This document shows positions 1 to 9,377 of a DNA stretch of 64,000 bases, piece after piece. Origin of the DNA: a virus (lineage: Duplodnaviria; Heunggongvirae; Uroviricota; Caudoviricetes). A model generated the notes under the pieces. That model made no database searches. It saw only the letters and a list, made by a program, of their open reading frames with translations, and had not been told where the DNA came from. The stretch lies in IMG/VR virus record IMGVR_UViG_3300036768_001066, one strand, 5' to 3'. The position numbers and the translations under genes are program-made. Position 1 is the first letter of the stretch, and each line of letters starts with the position of its first letter.

Positions 1-1
1 G

Positions 2-1540
2 GGCAACCCGTCGCAGGTCAACACACTTATCGCGAAGATAACCAGCAATGGCATGGGACTTCTCCGCGGCGCACCAATCGAGATAACTGCGACCAACATC
101 GTTAGCACCACTGCGCAGAAGGTCGGTGCGGCGAGGTACAATATCTACAACACGGGACCATCAAAGACGGTGGCCATAAACCAGGCCGACGAGTACGCGA
201 GCCTCAGCGCTGTGATACAAGAGAGCAACGGTGGCGACTACTACGAGTACTTCGCCTCATGGGACGGCGGGTTCATCGAGGACTTCATATTCAACGCCAA
301 CGCGCTTCCGGGGAACAACTGGGTGGTCATACACGAGATACAAGTCATAGAGCAGATAGGCAGCAACTTCAAGACGACCGCTCGTGTGCAGTCCATACAG
401 GAGGACGCGTTCGACCGGCCGAACCTGTTTAGACCGGTCATACTAAACGCTGCTACGGCATTCAGCTTCACCATAGAATACACCGTCAGGATGTACAACA
501 AGTTCGACTCCATGCAGATCATCAGGGTCGCGAGCGTCACGAGCTACAACCCCAAGATGTGGGGCAGGTACATACAGAAGATCCAGCTCCTCAACGAGCC
601 AGAGCCCCTGAAGGTGTACAACAAGATTGTGTCCGGCCCAGTGATGCAGAACGAGGCGTTCTTGAACACGGTGACGGAGGTGGTTCCGGTTAATACGAAG
701 GTCGCCCCGGCGTTCTTCGACAGGTCCATAATGACGGTGTCGAAGGAGACGGTGTTCCTCGACCAGAATGGACAGCTCAGGGCGGACAAGACTGCTGCGT
801 CGTCGACCGTTTACGGGCAAGGCGAAGCGGGAATAATACTGGCGCCGTTCGACAACTTCTTCAAGTTCACAATACTCAGGACGGAGAAATCAACCGGCGG
901 AGTCCCAGTGCCGCTCGACCTCGGCATGAACGCGGAGTACTTCCTCGTGTTCATAAACGACAACGGCGAGAAGCTCAGGTTCCCCCATCTCCCCGAATCC
1001 GTAATAGGAGATCCGACCAAGGGTGACCTCGTGTACAAGGTGCAGGGATCCGATGCGGAGACGATCCTCAAGTCGTCGAACAGACAATTCTGGATAACGT
1101 CGAGATTTCCAGACGGATCAGAGACGACGATATACCAGGGCAAGTTCTACCACGTGGACGAACGCGCGCAATACCAGGCGAACGAAGACAAGATAGCCAA
1201 GAAGTCCTCCACTAACGCAAAGAGCGAGGAGGTCATCCGCACGCTCGAGGCGAAGAACAAGGCGCTCGAGGCCGCTCTACATCAGATAAAGGCCGGCTCG
1301 GTAAAGACAACGACGGGCACGGTCGACGTGAAGAATGAACTGAAGCCTGTGATAGAAGGCGGCATCAAGTTGCCCTCCAACCTTAATCCGGTAACGGCCA
1401 ACGAGATCCAGGCGCAGATACCGGGCGTCAAACCCGCTGTGGTAACGCTGCAGACATCGATAGTCGCGCAGGTGGCTCCGGTGGCCCCGGTCAAGACAAA
1501 GGTCGAGGTAAAGAGCAAGGGCAACTCAGAGTCAAAGTAA
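2..1540 (+). CDS. virion structural protein, 5' partial; frame is open to the window edge. Coiled-coil segment plus an Ala/Pro/Val-rich C-terminus. It lies directly upstream of the tail tube gene. Sheath identity is not supported.
   Basis: Long ORF with G/C-biased third positions and no stop from nt 2. C-terminal heptad-like EEVIRTLEAKNKALEAALHQIK. Synteny with the downstream gp19-like gene. Confidence 0.5.
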   Translation, partial: GNPSQVNTLIAKITSNGMGLLRGAPIEITATNIVSTTAQKVGAARYNIYNTGPSKTVAINQADEYASLSAVIQESNGGDYYEYFASWDGGFIEDFIFNANALPGNNWVVIHEIQVIEQIGSNFKTTARVQSIQEDAFDRPNLFRPVILNAATAFSFTIEYTVRMYNKFDSMQIIRVASVTSYNPKMWGRYIQKIQLLNEPEPLKVYNKIVSGPVMQNEAFLNTVTEVVPVNTKVAPAFFDRSIMTVSKETVFLDQNGQLRADKTAASSTVYGQGEAGIILAPFDNFFKFTILRTEKSTGGVPVPLDLGMNAEYFLVFINDNGEKLRFPHLPESVIGDPTKGDLVYKVQGSDAETILKSSNRQFWITSRFPDGSETTIYQGKFYHVDERAQYQANEDKIAKKSSTNAKSEEVIRTLEAKNKALEAALHQIKAGSVKTTTGTVDVKNELKPVIEGGIKLPSNLNPVTANEIQAQIPGVKPAVVTLQTSIVAQVAPVAPVKTKVEVKSKGNSESK

Positions 1541-1551
1541 CAACGACGTAG

Positions 1552-2103
1552 ATGATTATCAATAGCAGGAGCAGTAATTTTATCTTCAACTTCCCGAGGG
1601 GTTTCTTCGACAAGGACATCGAGGACAAGTACTTGCCGTATGTGAAGCGCAACCCGCTACCGTTCGACACGGTGCACACCATGATGAACGCGCACGTTCA
1701 GTCGGTTACGTTCCCGAGCCTCAGCATGGAGCCAGTGTCGCAGACAAGGAAGTTCGGCAAGGAGCAGAACTACAAGAACTCCAAGCCCGTGTACGACCTG
1801 TTCACCCGCGACATGACGGTGACGATGAAGGCGCTCGACGGATACATCAACTACTGGATATTCATGGAGAACGCGCTCAAGTACCTCGAGGTCCTCGAGG
1901 AGAACCCGCCGTACTTCGACGACCTCAACATCGACTTCCTCAACCAGGAGGGCCACATCATAATGACCGCGAGGTTCAACAAGCTCGTGCTGACCGGAAT
2001 ATCCGAGATACAGCTGAGTTACTCCGACAACCAGCCGGAGTTCAAGACGTTCGATGCAACGTTCAGATTCAACAAGATGGACCTAATAGTAAAACGCGAC
2101 TAA
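1552..2103 (+). CDS. tail tube protein, T4 gp19-like
   Basis: 183 aa, size typical of tube proteins. Motifs RDMTVTM and ISEIQLSYSDNQPEFKTFDATFRFN resemble T4 gp19 DDWTVTV and VGELQLDWDSNNEIQTFEVTLALDY, judged by recall of the gp19 sequence. Confidence 0.55.
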   Translation: MIINSRSSNFIFNFPRGFFDKDIEDKYLPYVKRNPLPFDTVHTMMNAHVQSVTFPSLSMEPVSQTRKFGKEQNYKNSKPVYDLFTRDMTVTMKALDGYINYWIFMENALKYLEVLEENPPYFDDLNIDFLNQEGHIIMTARFNKLVLTGISEIQLSYSDNQPEFKTFDATFRFNKMDLIVKRD

Positions 2104-2906
2104 TGAGGCACCTCAAGAAATTTAATCAGCTGAACGAGAGCCTGGCCGGAGACGAGATAAAGAAGCTCATGTCGCTGCCTTACGAAAAATTCGTAAAGGA
2201 ACTGAAAGACGCGGTCAGCAATCCGAGGGTCCTATCCGTAATGGCGGCAGGCAAGCTCGACGGGCTCAAGCACGACGAGGTGGTATCTGCCGATGAAATA
2301 GCTGTAACTATTAGCTCGCTCACACCGACGCAATCGGAACTATCGCTGGACGACTCGCTCGAGAAGATGCCCGAATTCGCCAGGGACATAGCCGCAAACA
2401 AAGTACTGTCAATGGACAACCCTATAATAATAGCCAACGGCAAGTACATCATAGACGGCCACCACAGGTGGACGACTGCGTACATGATAGCCCCCAACGC
2501 CAAGATACAGGCGTACAACCTCAACATACCCGGGCTCGGCCCAATAGACATACTGAAGGCGGTCCAGATGGCGATAGCTGTCGAATTCGGCGAGGTAAAG
2601 ACGAAAGACCCGGGACCCGGCAAGGATGCGTTCGACGTGGACGAAAAAACCGCAATCGGGTGGATCGAGAAGAACGTGCCGCAATCCGTGCTGAAAGTAA
2701 CGGGGCTCCGGGACATGGCAGAGAACCTGGTAGAAATAACAGGGAAGAAGCTCGCCGGCTCACCCAACAGAAGATTCATGCCCCAGCCAAAGGCCTCAGC
2801 AAAGAAGGCCGGAATGGACAAGAACCTTGCTGTGTCGAAATTGCTCGCGCGCCTGCAATCAGGCACCGTTAACTTCAAGAATCCCGTAGAGGACGATGAT
2901 ATATAA
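2103..2906 (+). CDS. ParB/sulfiredoxin-like nuclease-domain protein with the N-terminal leader MRHLKKFNQLNE
   Basis: IIDGHHRW motif (DGxHR of the ParB/Srx fold). N-terminal leader shared with about 20 paralogs. Confidence 0.55.
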   Translation: MRHLKKFNQLNESLAGDEIKKLMSLPYEKFVKELKDAVSNPRVLSVMAAGKLDGLKHDEVVSADEIAVTISSLTPTQSELSLDDSLEKMPEFARDIAANKVLSMDNPIIIANGKYIIDGHHRWTTAYMIAPNAKIQAYNLNIPGLGPIDILKAVQMAIAVEFGEVKTKDPGPGKDAFDVDEKTAIGWIEKNVPQSVLKVTGLRDMAENLVEITGKKLAGSPNRRFMPQPKASAKKAGMDKNLAVSKLLARLQSGTVNFKNPVEDDDI

Positions 2907-2924
2907 GAAAATAATAAACGAGTC

Positions 2925-3038
2925 ATGATCCACAATTTTAAAGAATTCAGCAAACTGAACGAGGCGAGCCGCTCCAAGATAGAGGAGGTGCATGGTATGT
3001 TCGAGGATAACTCTATAATTTACAAAGTGACCCTATAA
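2925..3038 (+). CDS. small protein (37 aa) of the leader family (MIHNFKEFSKLNE...)
   Basis: Hand-translated small ORF absent from the six-frame track (under 60 aa). Carries the family leader. Its TAATG stop overlaps the start of the next ORF. Confidence 0.3.
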   Translation: MIHNFKEFSKLNEASRSKIEEVHGMFEDNSIIYKVTL

Positions 3039-3157
3039 TGAACAATATCGTCGACACGTACAAGCCGGGCAAGACGCTCGGCACGTACAGCATATACGAC
3101 AAGGGCAAGTTTGTAAAGACGGTAAAGCTCGACGCGCTGAAGAAGATGAAGAAGTAG
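3038..3157 (+). CDS. small hypothetical protein (39 aa)
   Basis: Hand-translated ORF MNNIVDTYKPGKTLGTYSIYDKGKFVKTVKLDALKKMKK with genome-typical codon bias. Confidence 0.25.
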   Translation: MNNIVDTYKPGKTLGTYSIYDKGKFVKTVKLDALKKMKK

Positions 3158-3198
3158 CACTCGAGGTTCGACAAAGACGCAAAGAAACACAAATAATC

Positions 3199-3768
3199 AT
3201 GGAGTTATTCAACGAATACAGGAGCAAGAAGCAGGGTGAACTCAACGAGGGCAAACAGGCACGAGAAGCCGGAATCGCAAACACGCTAAAGGACATCCTA
3301 AATACAGAAACGTTCACGATATACCCGGCAAGGAACGCGGACAATGCACTGACATGGACACTGGGCAACGACGAGCCGGAATTCAAGATGATACAGAACG
3401 CCATCAAGGCGAGAATAAAAAGGGCGGAGGCCGCAAACGAGAACGAGGCGGTACCATTGTACAAGGACCATGTGGCGAGCAAGAGCAATGGCATATCCTA
3501 CCTCACCGAGGAGGAGAACCAGCAGCTCGACGAAATGATGGTCGTTTTCGAGAACGAGTACGACGGCGACATACGCAACCTCGACGAGGGATTCTTCGGC
3601 AAATTGGTCGGAGGCGCGGCAGGATTCCTTGCCGGACCGATGATTGGCCGTATCATAGCAAAGGCGCTCGGTATAGAGAAGGGCATTCTCTATGACATGT
3701 TCACAAGCAGGCTCGTGTCAACCGCGCTCGGCGCAGCAATAAGCAAAGCTTGGACGGAGAAGAAATGA
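3199..3768 (+). CDS. hypothetical protein, leader family (MELFNEYRSKKQGELNE), with a C-terminal Gly-rich hydrophobic segment
   Basis: 189-aa ORF. C-terminus GGAAGFLAGPMIGRIIAKALG looks membrane-active. Confidence 0.5.
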   Translation: MELFNEYRSKKQGELNEGKQAREAGIANTLKDILNTETFTIYPARNADNALTWTLGNDEPEFKMIQNAIKARIKRAEAANENEAVPLYKDHVASKSNGISYLTEEENQQLDEMMVVFENEYDGDIRNLDEGFFGKLVGGAAGFLAGPMIGRIIAKALGIEKGILYDMFTSRLVSTALGAAISKAWTEKK

Positions 3769-4254
3769 AGTACATAAGAGAGATAAACGAACACGGCACG
3801 GCGGCCGAGAAACTCGAACGCGCAAAGGCTGCAGACCTGATAACATTGCCGTAAGGCATAAAGGGTACGAACTGCGCCAACTGCAAGTTCGTGGAGCTCG
3901 AACGCGAGTACTGCACGCACAAGGACGTGGACCAGAAAGTATCACCGAGGATGTGCTGTGCGCTTTGTGGGACGTAGTGCGGTTTATGTCGTCGAGCAGC
4001 GCGATATTTGACTTCTCGCCTTCCGTGTCCACGCCGTAGCCTTCCGGTTTGTCGCTGCCGGCGATGACGATCGGGTTCTTGTACTTGTACGTCTTGACGA
4101 ACAGGTAGGTCATCTTGTCCTCCTCCTTGCCGGATCCTTCCCGGCCGGACACGAGGCCGTTCGACATCGGATTCGACGTGTCGATCTTCTCGCCTGAGTT
4201 CAAGAGATAGAACTTGTTGCGTTTTCCCTCGTTGAGGAACTGCTCGAATAGCAT
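3718..4254 (-). CDS. hypothetical protein, leader family (MLFEQFLNE); 3' end uncertain
   Basis: Strong coding bias from 4254 down to about 3980. Below that the frame runs antisense to the plus-strand zinc-ribbon ORF with non-coding third-position composition. Possible frameshift or uncertain stop. Confidence 0.4.
   Translation of the reverse strand: MLFEQFLNEGKRNKFYLLNSGEKIDTSNPMSNGLVSGREGSGKEEDKMTYLFVKTYKYKNPIVIAGSDKPEGYGVDTEGEKSNIALLDDINRTTSHKAHSTSSVILSGPRPCACSTRVRAPRTCSWRSSYPLCLTAMLSGLQPLRVRVSRPPCRVRLSLLCTSFLLRPSFAYCCAERG
3765..3977 (+). CDS. leader-family small ORF interrupted by an in-frame TAA at 3852-3854, then a zinc-ribbon-like continuation (CANC...CCALCG)
   Basis: MKYIREINEHGTAAEKLERAKAADLITLP, TAA, then GIKGTNCANCKFVELEREYCTHKDVDQKVSPRMCCALCGT in the same frame with G/C-rich third positions. 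Confidence 0.3.
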
Positions 4255-4261
4255 TATTTTT

Positions 4262-4618
4262 TCATCTGTCCTTGTATTTATTTAGAAACTTCTTCGCCTT
4301 GTTTATGACGCCTTTCTTGAAGTACCTATCCTCGCTTACGCTGCCGAATCCTATCGCACCCTCGAGCCCGTCCAGTAGTTCCTCCAGGTTCTTTAGAATC
4401 TCTGCTTTCTTCTCGTCCACCTGGTGCTTCATCTTCACGTAGCTGGTTATCTCGTCAAGGTCCTTCTCCACGTTCTCCTTCCAGTACGCATCGCTGAGCT
4501 CGCCCTCTTCGGATATGATGTCATTTATCCCGTCTACGATCCCCATGTATATTGTCCATAGGTCGTACAACGGAACGCTTTCGGACTCAAACAATTCGAA
4601 TTTCGTCACTATGCTCAT
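4262..4618 (-). CDS. hypothetical protein, leader family (MSIVTKFELFESE)
   Basis: 118-aa ORF with codon bias and an acidic helical sequence. Confidence 0.5.
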   Translation of the reverse strand: MSIVTKFELFESESVPLYDLWTIYMGIVDGINDIISEEGELSDAYWKENVEKDLDEITSYVKMKHQVDEKKAEILKNLEELLDGLEGAIGFGSVSEDRYFKKGVINKAKKFLNKYKDR

Positions 4619-4772
4619 TTATCCTCCTGTTTATTTTCCCACTCCCTCTTGGTTCCCGCGACAAGTGGGGCGACGACGGTAAAGTAATCGCAATCGCGCA
4701 TGGCGCCGAGGAGATCAAAAAATTCCCTAAAGGGAAGTACACCTTCATGGTGATGAAATAACACGATACAAG

Positions 4773-4916
4773 ATGAAAAATACGGCCGACGACATGAACT
4801 CGTTCCTGACAGACCAGTTGGGTGAAGGCACAAAGGACTCCTTCGACGGAGACGATTCGGTCGAGGCGTGGGTGCTTGATACGCTCGACGAGCTGCACAA
4901 GTTCGCGGCCAAGTAA
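4773..4916 (+). CDS. small acidic hypothetical protein (47 aa)
   Basis: MKNTADDMNSFLTDQLGEGTKDSFDGDDSVEAWVLDTLDELHKFAAK with strong G/C third-position bias. Followed by a terminator. Confidence 0.35.
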   Translation: MKNTADDMNSFLTDQLGEGTKDSFDGDDSVEAWVLDTLDELHKFAAK

Positions 4917-4943
4917 GTACAAAGACGAATTCGTAAGATAAAA

Positions 4944-4979
4944 GAAGCCCCGATTTGAAAAATCGGGGCTTTTTATTTT
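4944..4979. terminator. rho-independent terminator, likely bidirectional (stem aagccccgattt / aaatcggggctt plus T-run)
   Basis: Perfect 11-12 bp GC-rich hairpin followed by TTTTATTTT, sitting between convergent gene blocks. Confidence 0.7.
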
Positions 4980-4982
4980 CGG

Positions 4983-5231
4983 TTAGTTCAAACGCGGGTC
5001 GGCCTGTATGAATGCGCGCTTAGGCCTGCCCTTTATCTGCGCCTCGAGATTCAGGGACTCCGCCACGTCCATATAGCACTCCTTGACGGGCCTGTGGCAG
5101 CGGTCCTGTGCGGCGCACATCCTCTCGAATAATTCAATCTGTTCGGGCGATGTCATCCACTCCGTGAAGCCCACGCCGAGTCTGTCAATGTATTTTTTCA
5201 TGATATTCTTGATATTGCTCTCTCTATACAT
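4983..5231 (-). CDS. small hypothetical protein
   Basis: 82-aa ORF with moderate codon bias. Confidence 0.35.
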   Translation of the reverse strand: MYRESNIKNIMKKYIDRLGVGFTEWMTSPEQIELFERMCAAQDRCHRPVKECYMDVAESLNLEAQIKGRPKRAFIQADPRLN

Positions 5232-5572
5232 AATACTCGTGCCTCGTCAACTGTTTCGGCCCAGACGAACACGACGCCGTCCCACGAGAATCTTTTAGCA
5301 TTGGCAACCTTGCAGACGAGCGACGAGTCCACGCCGAGGTCCCTCGCAGCAGCCCTTATGGTCCTCCAGCGACCGAGCGTCTCCATGCCGGCAGGCACAA
5401 TGCCGTACAGGAACATGACCTGCTCGTCGCCTATGTCCTCCGGCGCCCTGTCTTCGACATACGACCACCTGAAATTGCCGCACGTCTTCAGCTCGCCCTT
5501 GCATGCACGGACGATCCCACTCCTGGACAGAGACAAATCCCTCGCGGCTGAGGCCGGAGAGTCCCACTCCAT
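5198..5572 (-). CDS. stand-alone DNA-binding protein with two IENR1/NUMOD-like repeats, the type found at homing-endonuclease C-termini; no nuclease domain
   Basis: Two copies of the pattern W/F-x-S-x-x-x-A-A-R-D-L-G-x-x-x-S-x-I/V-x-x-C-K-G-x-x-K-T-x-G-x-F-R-W (MEWDSPASAARDLSLSRSGIVRACKGELKTCGNFRWSYVE and AAARDLGVDSSLVCKVANAKRFSWDGVVFVW). Start taken at the internal Met MEWDS. The upstream part of the ORF overlaps the RuvC gene. Confidence 0.5.
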   Translation of the reverse strand: MEWDSPASAARDLSLSRSGIVRACKGELKTCGNFRWSYVEDRAPEDIGDEQVMFLYGIVPAGMETLGRWRTIRAAARDLGVDSSLVCKVANAKRFSWDGVVFVWAETVDEARVLCIERAISRIS

Positions 5573-5610
5573 CAAGAGCCGGCCATCAATGGTGTATTGC
5601 GCGCACCTCC

Positions 5611-6267
5611 TCACAGCTTGCCCTCTTTCCTGAGAACGCAGAGCGCCTTGGCGTCCACACAATCGTTTATCGGCGAAGGTATGGCCGCCATATTCATCAT
5701 CTCGTCGTAATACGTCGACAGGTTCTTCCTGAACCCGGACTCCCTCACGTAAGGTAGATCGAGCGCGAACATCGCCTCGAGCATCTCGTGCTTTGTAAAC
5801 TTGCCGCCAGCGACCCCTGCCGGGTTCCTCGCCACGCCCTTCTTATCGGCACCGTACGTCAGCTTGGCGAACTCGTTCTTGAGCGACATCGGCGCGACTA
5901 TCCTCAGCTCTGCCCCGGCGTCGAGTATCCTCTTCCGGAGGAACGTACCGAACATAACGAGGTCGACGATCGCGCCAGGTGCGCGGAACGCGTATCCCTC
6001 GATGAGCACCTGGTCACCAGGCTTGAGCTCGAGAGTGTCTACTATGTGGTTCGCGTTGCGCTGATAGTCCACCAGCTTCTGCACCTCGGAGTCGGAGTAC
6101 TGCCCGCGACCGTCGTAATCGACCAGGACCATCCTGGCGAAAGGCTCAGCCACCTTGGACCACTTAGTGGTCTTCCCCCTGGTGAAACAGTAAAACTCTG
6201 TGGCGTCGTCGGACATGACGCAGACGGCCGTGGACGAGAGCGATGGGTCAATCCCTAATATTCTCAT
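5611..6267 (-). CDS. RuvC-family Holliday junction resolvase
   Basis: N-terminus MRILGIDPSLSSTAVCV matches the RuvC ILGIDPG motif. 218 aa with acidic catalytic residues. Confidence 0.65.
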   Translation of the reverse strand: MRILGIDPSLSSTAVCVMSDDATEFYCFTRGKTTKWSKVAEPFARMVLVDYDGRGQYSDSEVQKLVDYQRNANHIVDTLELKPGDQVLIEGYAFRAPGAIVDLVMFGTFLRKRILDAGAELRIVAPMSLKNEFAKLTYGADKKGVARNPAGVAGGKFTKHEMLEAMFALDLPYVRESGFRKNLSTYYDEMMNMAAIPSPINDCVDAKALCVLRKEGKL

Positions 6268-6685
6268 GCGGAAATCTTTAGGGTATATATCCGACCGGTG
6301 TGAAATATTTGTAGCAAAAGCGCGTACAAGGCGCTATGGACCTCCCGGTATATAAATCAGACAGACAACATCGCCCTTCGGGCCGCATTGGACGGTTGGA
6401 GCGCGACGGATCCTGTGAAGTTCTCAGTTTTAGCGAGAGACTCGGTTCTGTGGTTAGATCAACAGTCGAAGGTATATCTAATCCCGGGGCATCTTGGGTT
6501 AATTTTTTTACGCCTGTTTGGTGCAAATGTTCCCGAAGACTGGAAAATTTAGCGCACGGAAAAACTCGGACCCCCCTGGCCGAAACATGTGAGGGGGGGG
6601 AGAGTAAAAGGGACGATTGAACGTCGGAGTACATTCAGCGCCCAATCAAAGTTCATTTAAAGTCAAATTAAAAAGCATCAAAGTC

Positions 6686-7651
6686 ATGAGCAACGAGTTC
6701 GACATTTTCAACCTCTCATCGGAGAATCTAATTACTCCGCAGAAGACCGGTAAGGCCGGAGAGATCTATGCGCCATCCGCCGACAAAGGACGCGACGGCA
6801 TCTACAAAGCGCTTATCCGCTTCCTCCCTAACGTGAGGAACAGCGAGAAGTCTAAAATCAAGAAGAGCTACTACTGGCTCGAAGACCCTATCTCGGGGGA
6901 GAGCTTCGGTGTCGACGATCCCGCTACAGTGGGCAAGAAGTCGATACTCGCGGACACGTTCTGGAAGCTCAAGAAGAGCACATCAGTACGCGACCAGGAG
7001 CTGGCAGAGAAGTTCTCGAGGAACGACAACTTCTTCAGCCTCGTTCAGATCATCAAAGATCCGAACCAGCCTGAGCTCGAGGGCAAAATCATGGTGTTCA
7101 AATTCGGCATCAAGATCAACCAGAAAATCGAGGCGCTTCTTAAGCCATCGGAGTTCGGCGAGCCAATCAACCCGTACGACCTCTTCAACGGCAAGCTTTT
7201 CGCGCTTCACATCGTGAAGAAGCAGAAGTGGAACAACTACGACCTCTGCGAGTTCGTGGGTGACAAGACCCCGCTCGTCCTGGAAGGCAAGCCTATCCAG
7301 AGGACAAAGGAGGACATGGCTCGCGTGGTGGAGTGGCTCAAGGCTAACTCGCCAGAGCTCGAGAAGTACGACTACAAGGAGTGGACCGAGGAGCAGTACG
7401 AGAAAGTCCTGAACGCCATTCGCAACATCATACCTGACGGAAGGCTCGTGGAGCAGATCCTCGGTGGCGCAGGCAAGGCCGGAACCAAGACCCCTGCATC
7501 GGACGGCACGGCATCGGAGACTCCGGCAGCCAGGCCATCGACCAGCTTCGACGACCTGATGGGCGGTACCGGCGCGAAGGCCGCTTCTAAGGCGGAGACA
7601 AAAGGCAGTGGTTCTGTATCGAGCCTCGACGACCTCTACAACAACCTGTAA
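6686..7651 (+). CDS. single-stranded DNA-binding protein, T4 gp32-like
   Basis: ALIRFLP resembles AVIRFLP of gp32. LVQIIKDPNQPELEGKIMVFKFGIKINQKIEA resembles [31 protein letters not shown]. Acidic C-terminal tail LDDLYNNL. Confidence 0.8.
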   Translation: MSNEFDIFNLSSENLITPQKTGKAGEIYAPSADKGRDGIYKALIRFLPNVRNSEKSKIKKSYYWLEDPISGESFGVDDPATVGKKSILADTFWKLKKSTSVRDQELAEKFSRNDNFFSLVQIIKDPNQPELEGKIMVFKFGIKINQKIEALLKPSEFGEPINPYDLFNGKLFALHIVKKQKWNNYDLCEFVGDKTPLVLEGKPIQRTKEDMARVVEWLKANSPELEKYDYKEWTEEQYEKVLNAIRNIIPDGRLVEQILGGAGKAGTKTPASDGTASETPAARPSTSFDDLMGGTGAKAASKAETKGSGSVSSLDDLYNNL

Positions 7652-7755
7652 GGGCGTACGACAAGGTCCCGTAAGGCCGCGTCAATTCTGAGAGGAAGCC
7701 CCGTAAGGCTTCCTCTCTTCTTCATTATCATTAACGCACAATCAAGATACAATCG

Positions 7756-8880
7756 ATGCAGAATTTAGAATTCAAGATGTCCGGCGAATCCAAGCCGCAG
7801 GTACAGATGTCGCTTGACAGGGTGGACACGCTGCTGCACGCTGTGCTCAGGAAGAGGTTCCCCGGCGACTCTGAGAGACAGACCGTACTACACAAGGGCG
7901 TGAGGCAGAACTTCTGCTGCCCGTACTGCGGCGACTCGGCAGACCCTCGCAAGAAGAGGGGCAACTTCTACACCAACTGGCTTTACTTCAAGTGCTACAA
8001 CGCGGGATGCGAGAAGTACACCGACTTCATCTGGTTCCTCAAGGACTTCGACTGCTACGACGAGCTGACCGAGGACGAGAAGGTGGCGGCGCGCCTGAGC
8101 ATAGACGAGAGCAAGAAGACGTCTCGGCTCAGCAAGATGCGGAGTTATGAGCTGAATGTGGACGCGATGTCGTCCATAGATTTCTCCAAGGCCCTCGTGC
8201 CGAGGGCGGACATGATGAAGGCGTGCAAGCTCTACAACATCTGGGAGAACCACCCCATCGGCGTGTACCTGTCCAAGAGGCAGCAGAAGCTCGGCAACCA
8301 TTTCGCGTGGGACAACTACAGGAAGCGGCTCTTCATATTCAATCTCGACAAGTCCGGCGACTGGATATTCGGCATGCAGACGAGACAGTTCGGCGAGGCA
8401 GAGAAGACGGGAGCGAAGTACAAGACCTACGGCATCGAGGACGTGTGGTCGAAGTTCATGCGCCGCAACGATCCTGCGTTCCTCGAGTACGTGTCGAAGG
8501 TGAACCACCTCAGCACGATATTTGGCGTGCTCCAGATGGACTTCAACAGGATGATAACTATATTCGAGGGCCCGCTCGACCACTTCTGCTTCGGGGGCAA
8601 CTCGGCCGCGACGTGCTCCATAAATAACGAGTGGCCGTTCGACCTGGACAACAAGAGGTGGTTCCAGGACAACGACGAGGCGGGTCGCAACAAGGCGCTC
8701 GAGTACCTGGCGGCTGGCGACAGCGTGTTCATGTGGAAGAAGTTCCTGTCCGACAACGAGATACCCGCGCACAAGATAAAGGACTTGAACGACGTACGCG
8801 TTTACGAGTGGGCGAACAACAAGAAGTACGACTTCGAGGACTACTTCACGCAGCACAAACTTGACGGAATAAACATATAA
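7756..8880 (+). CDS. DNA primase, T4 gp61/DnaG-like (zinc ribbon plus TOPRIM)
   Basis: CCPYCGDS...CYNAGC zinc-binding element, then a TOPRIM-like FEGPLDHF ... DNDEAGRNKA. Confidence 0.7.
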   Translation: MQNLEFKMSGESKPQVQMSLDRVDTLLHAVLRKRFPGDSERQTVLHKGVRQNFCCPYCGDSADPRKKRGNFYTNWLYFKCYNAGCEKYTDFIWFLKDFDCYDELTEDEKVAARLSIDESKKTSRLSKMRSYELNVDAMSSIDFSKALVPRADMMKACKLYNIWENHPIGVYLSKRQQKLGNHFAWDNYRKRLFIFNLDKSGDWIFGMQTRQFGEAEKTGAKYKTYGIEDVWSKFMRRNDPAFLEYVSKVNHLSTIFGVLQMDFNRMITIFEGPLDHFCFGGNSAATCSINNEWPFDLDNKRWFQDNDEAGRNKALEYLAAGDSVFMWKKFLSDNEIPAHKIKDLNDVRVYEWANNKKYDFEDYFTQHKLDGINI

Positions 8881-8941
8881 CAGATGGCACACAAATACCG
8901 AGGACAAGGTACATCCCAAGGACGCGCCATGGCTCGAGAAC

Positions 8942-9367
8942 ATGAAGATTCTTCATGTGGAGACCCAGATAATAAATTCTCACGAGGCGGCCTCGTACTA
9001 CGGCCTGGCGCTGCAGCTGGCCAAGGAGGCTGGGTATACGCACGTGCGCGACAACCGGGGACCTGTCGGATACGACGATTTCACAATCGATGAGGCAATA
9101 AATAACTACGAGACCGCATTAAAAAACAGAACACAGACGATGAACTCCCCTTCTGAGATAAACGACGAGAACCAGAGGCAGCTCGACGAGTGGGACCCAG
9201 ACAAGGCGAAGGTCAAGGGAACGCTCAAGGCCCCGATAGAGTTCAAGGCCGACGTCGACGAGGTGAAGATTGACGTGGATTTTGACGAGCCAAAGGAGGC
9301 CAAGATTGTCAATAAAAAGGCCAAGATCGTGAGCGTCGGCAAGAGGAACAAAAACAGTTTATTTTGA
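8942..9367 (+). CDS. hypothetical protein
   Basis: 141-aa ORF with codon bias. Confidence 0.45.
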   Translation: MKILHVETQIINSHEAASYYGLALQLAKEAGYTHVRDNRGPVGYDDFTIDEAINNYETALKNRTQTMNSPSEINDENQRQLDEWDPDKAKVKGTLKAPIEFKADVDEVKIDVDFDEPKEAKIVNKKAKIVSVGKRNKNSLF

Positions 9368-9377
9368 TATAATAGAG

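Noticed and set aside
2-1540. Tail sheath (gp18), by synteny with the downstream tube gene
   Set aside because: The sequence shows no recognisable sheath features. The coiled-coil and Ala/Pro/Val-rich C-terminus are atypical for sheath proteins, so it is called only a structural protein.
7888-8943. Long antisense ORFs lying opposite the real genes. Examples: 7888-8943(-), 10223-10873(-), 25833-26729(-), 32477-33229(-), 38103-39092(-), 41851-42819(-), 50028-51098(+), 57557-58210(-).
   Set aside because: Arg/Leu/Val/His-rich low-complexity translations with no motifs. They are the expected shadow of G/C-biased third positions on the true coding strand, and each overlaps a confidently assigned gene.
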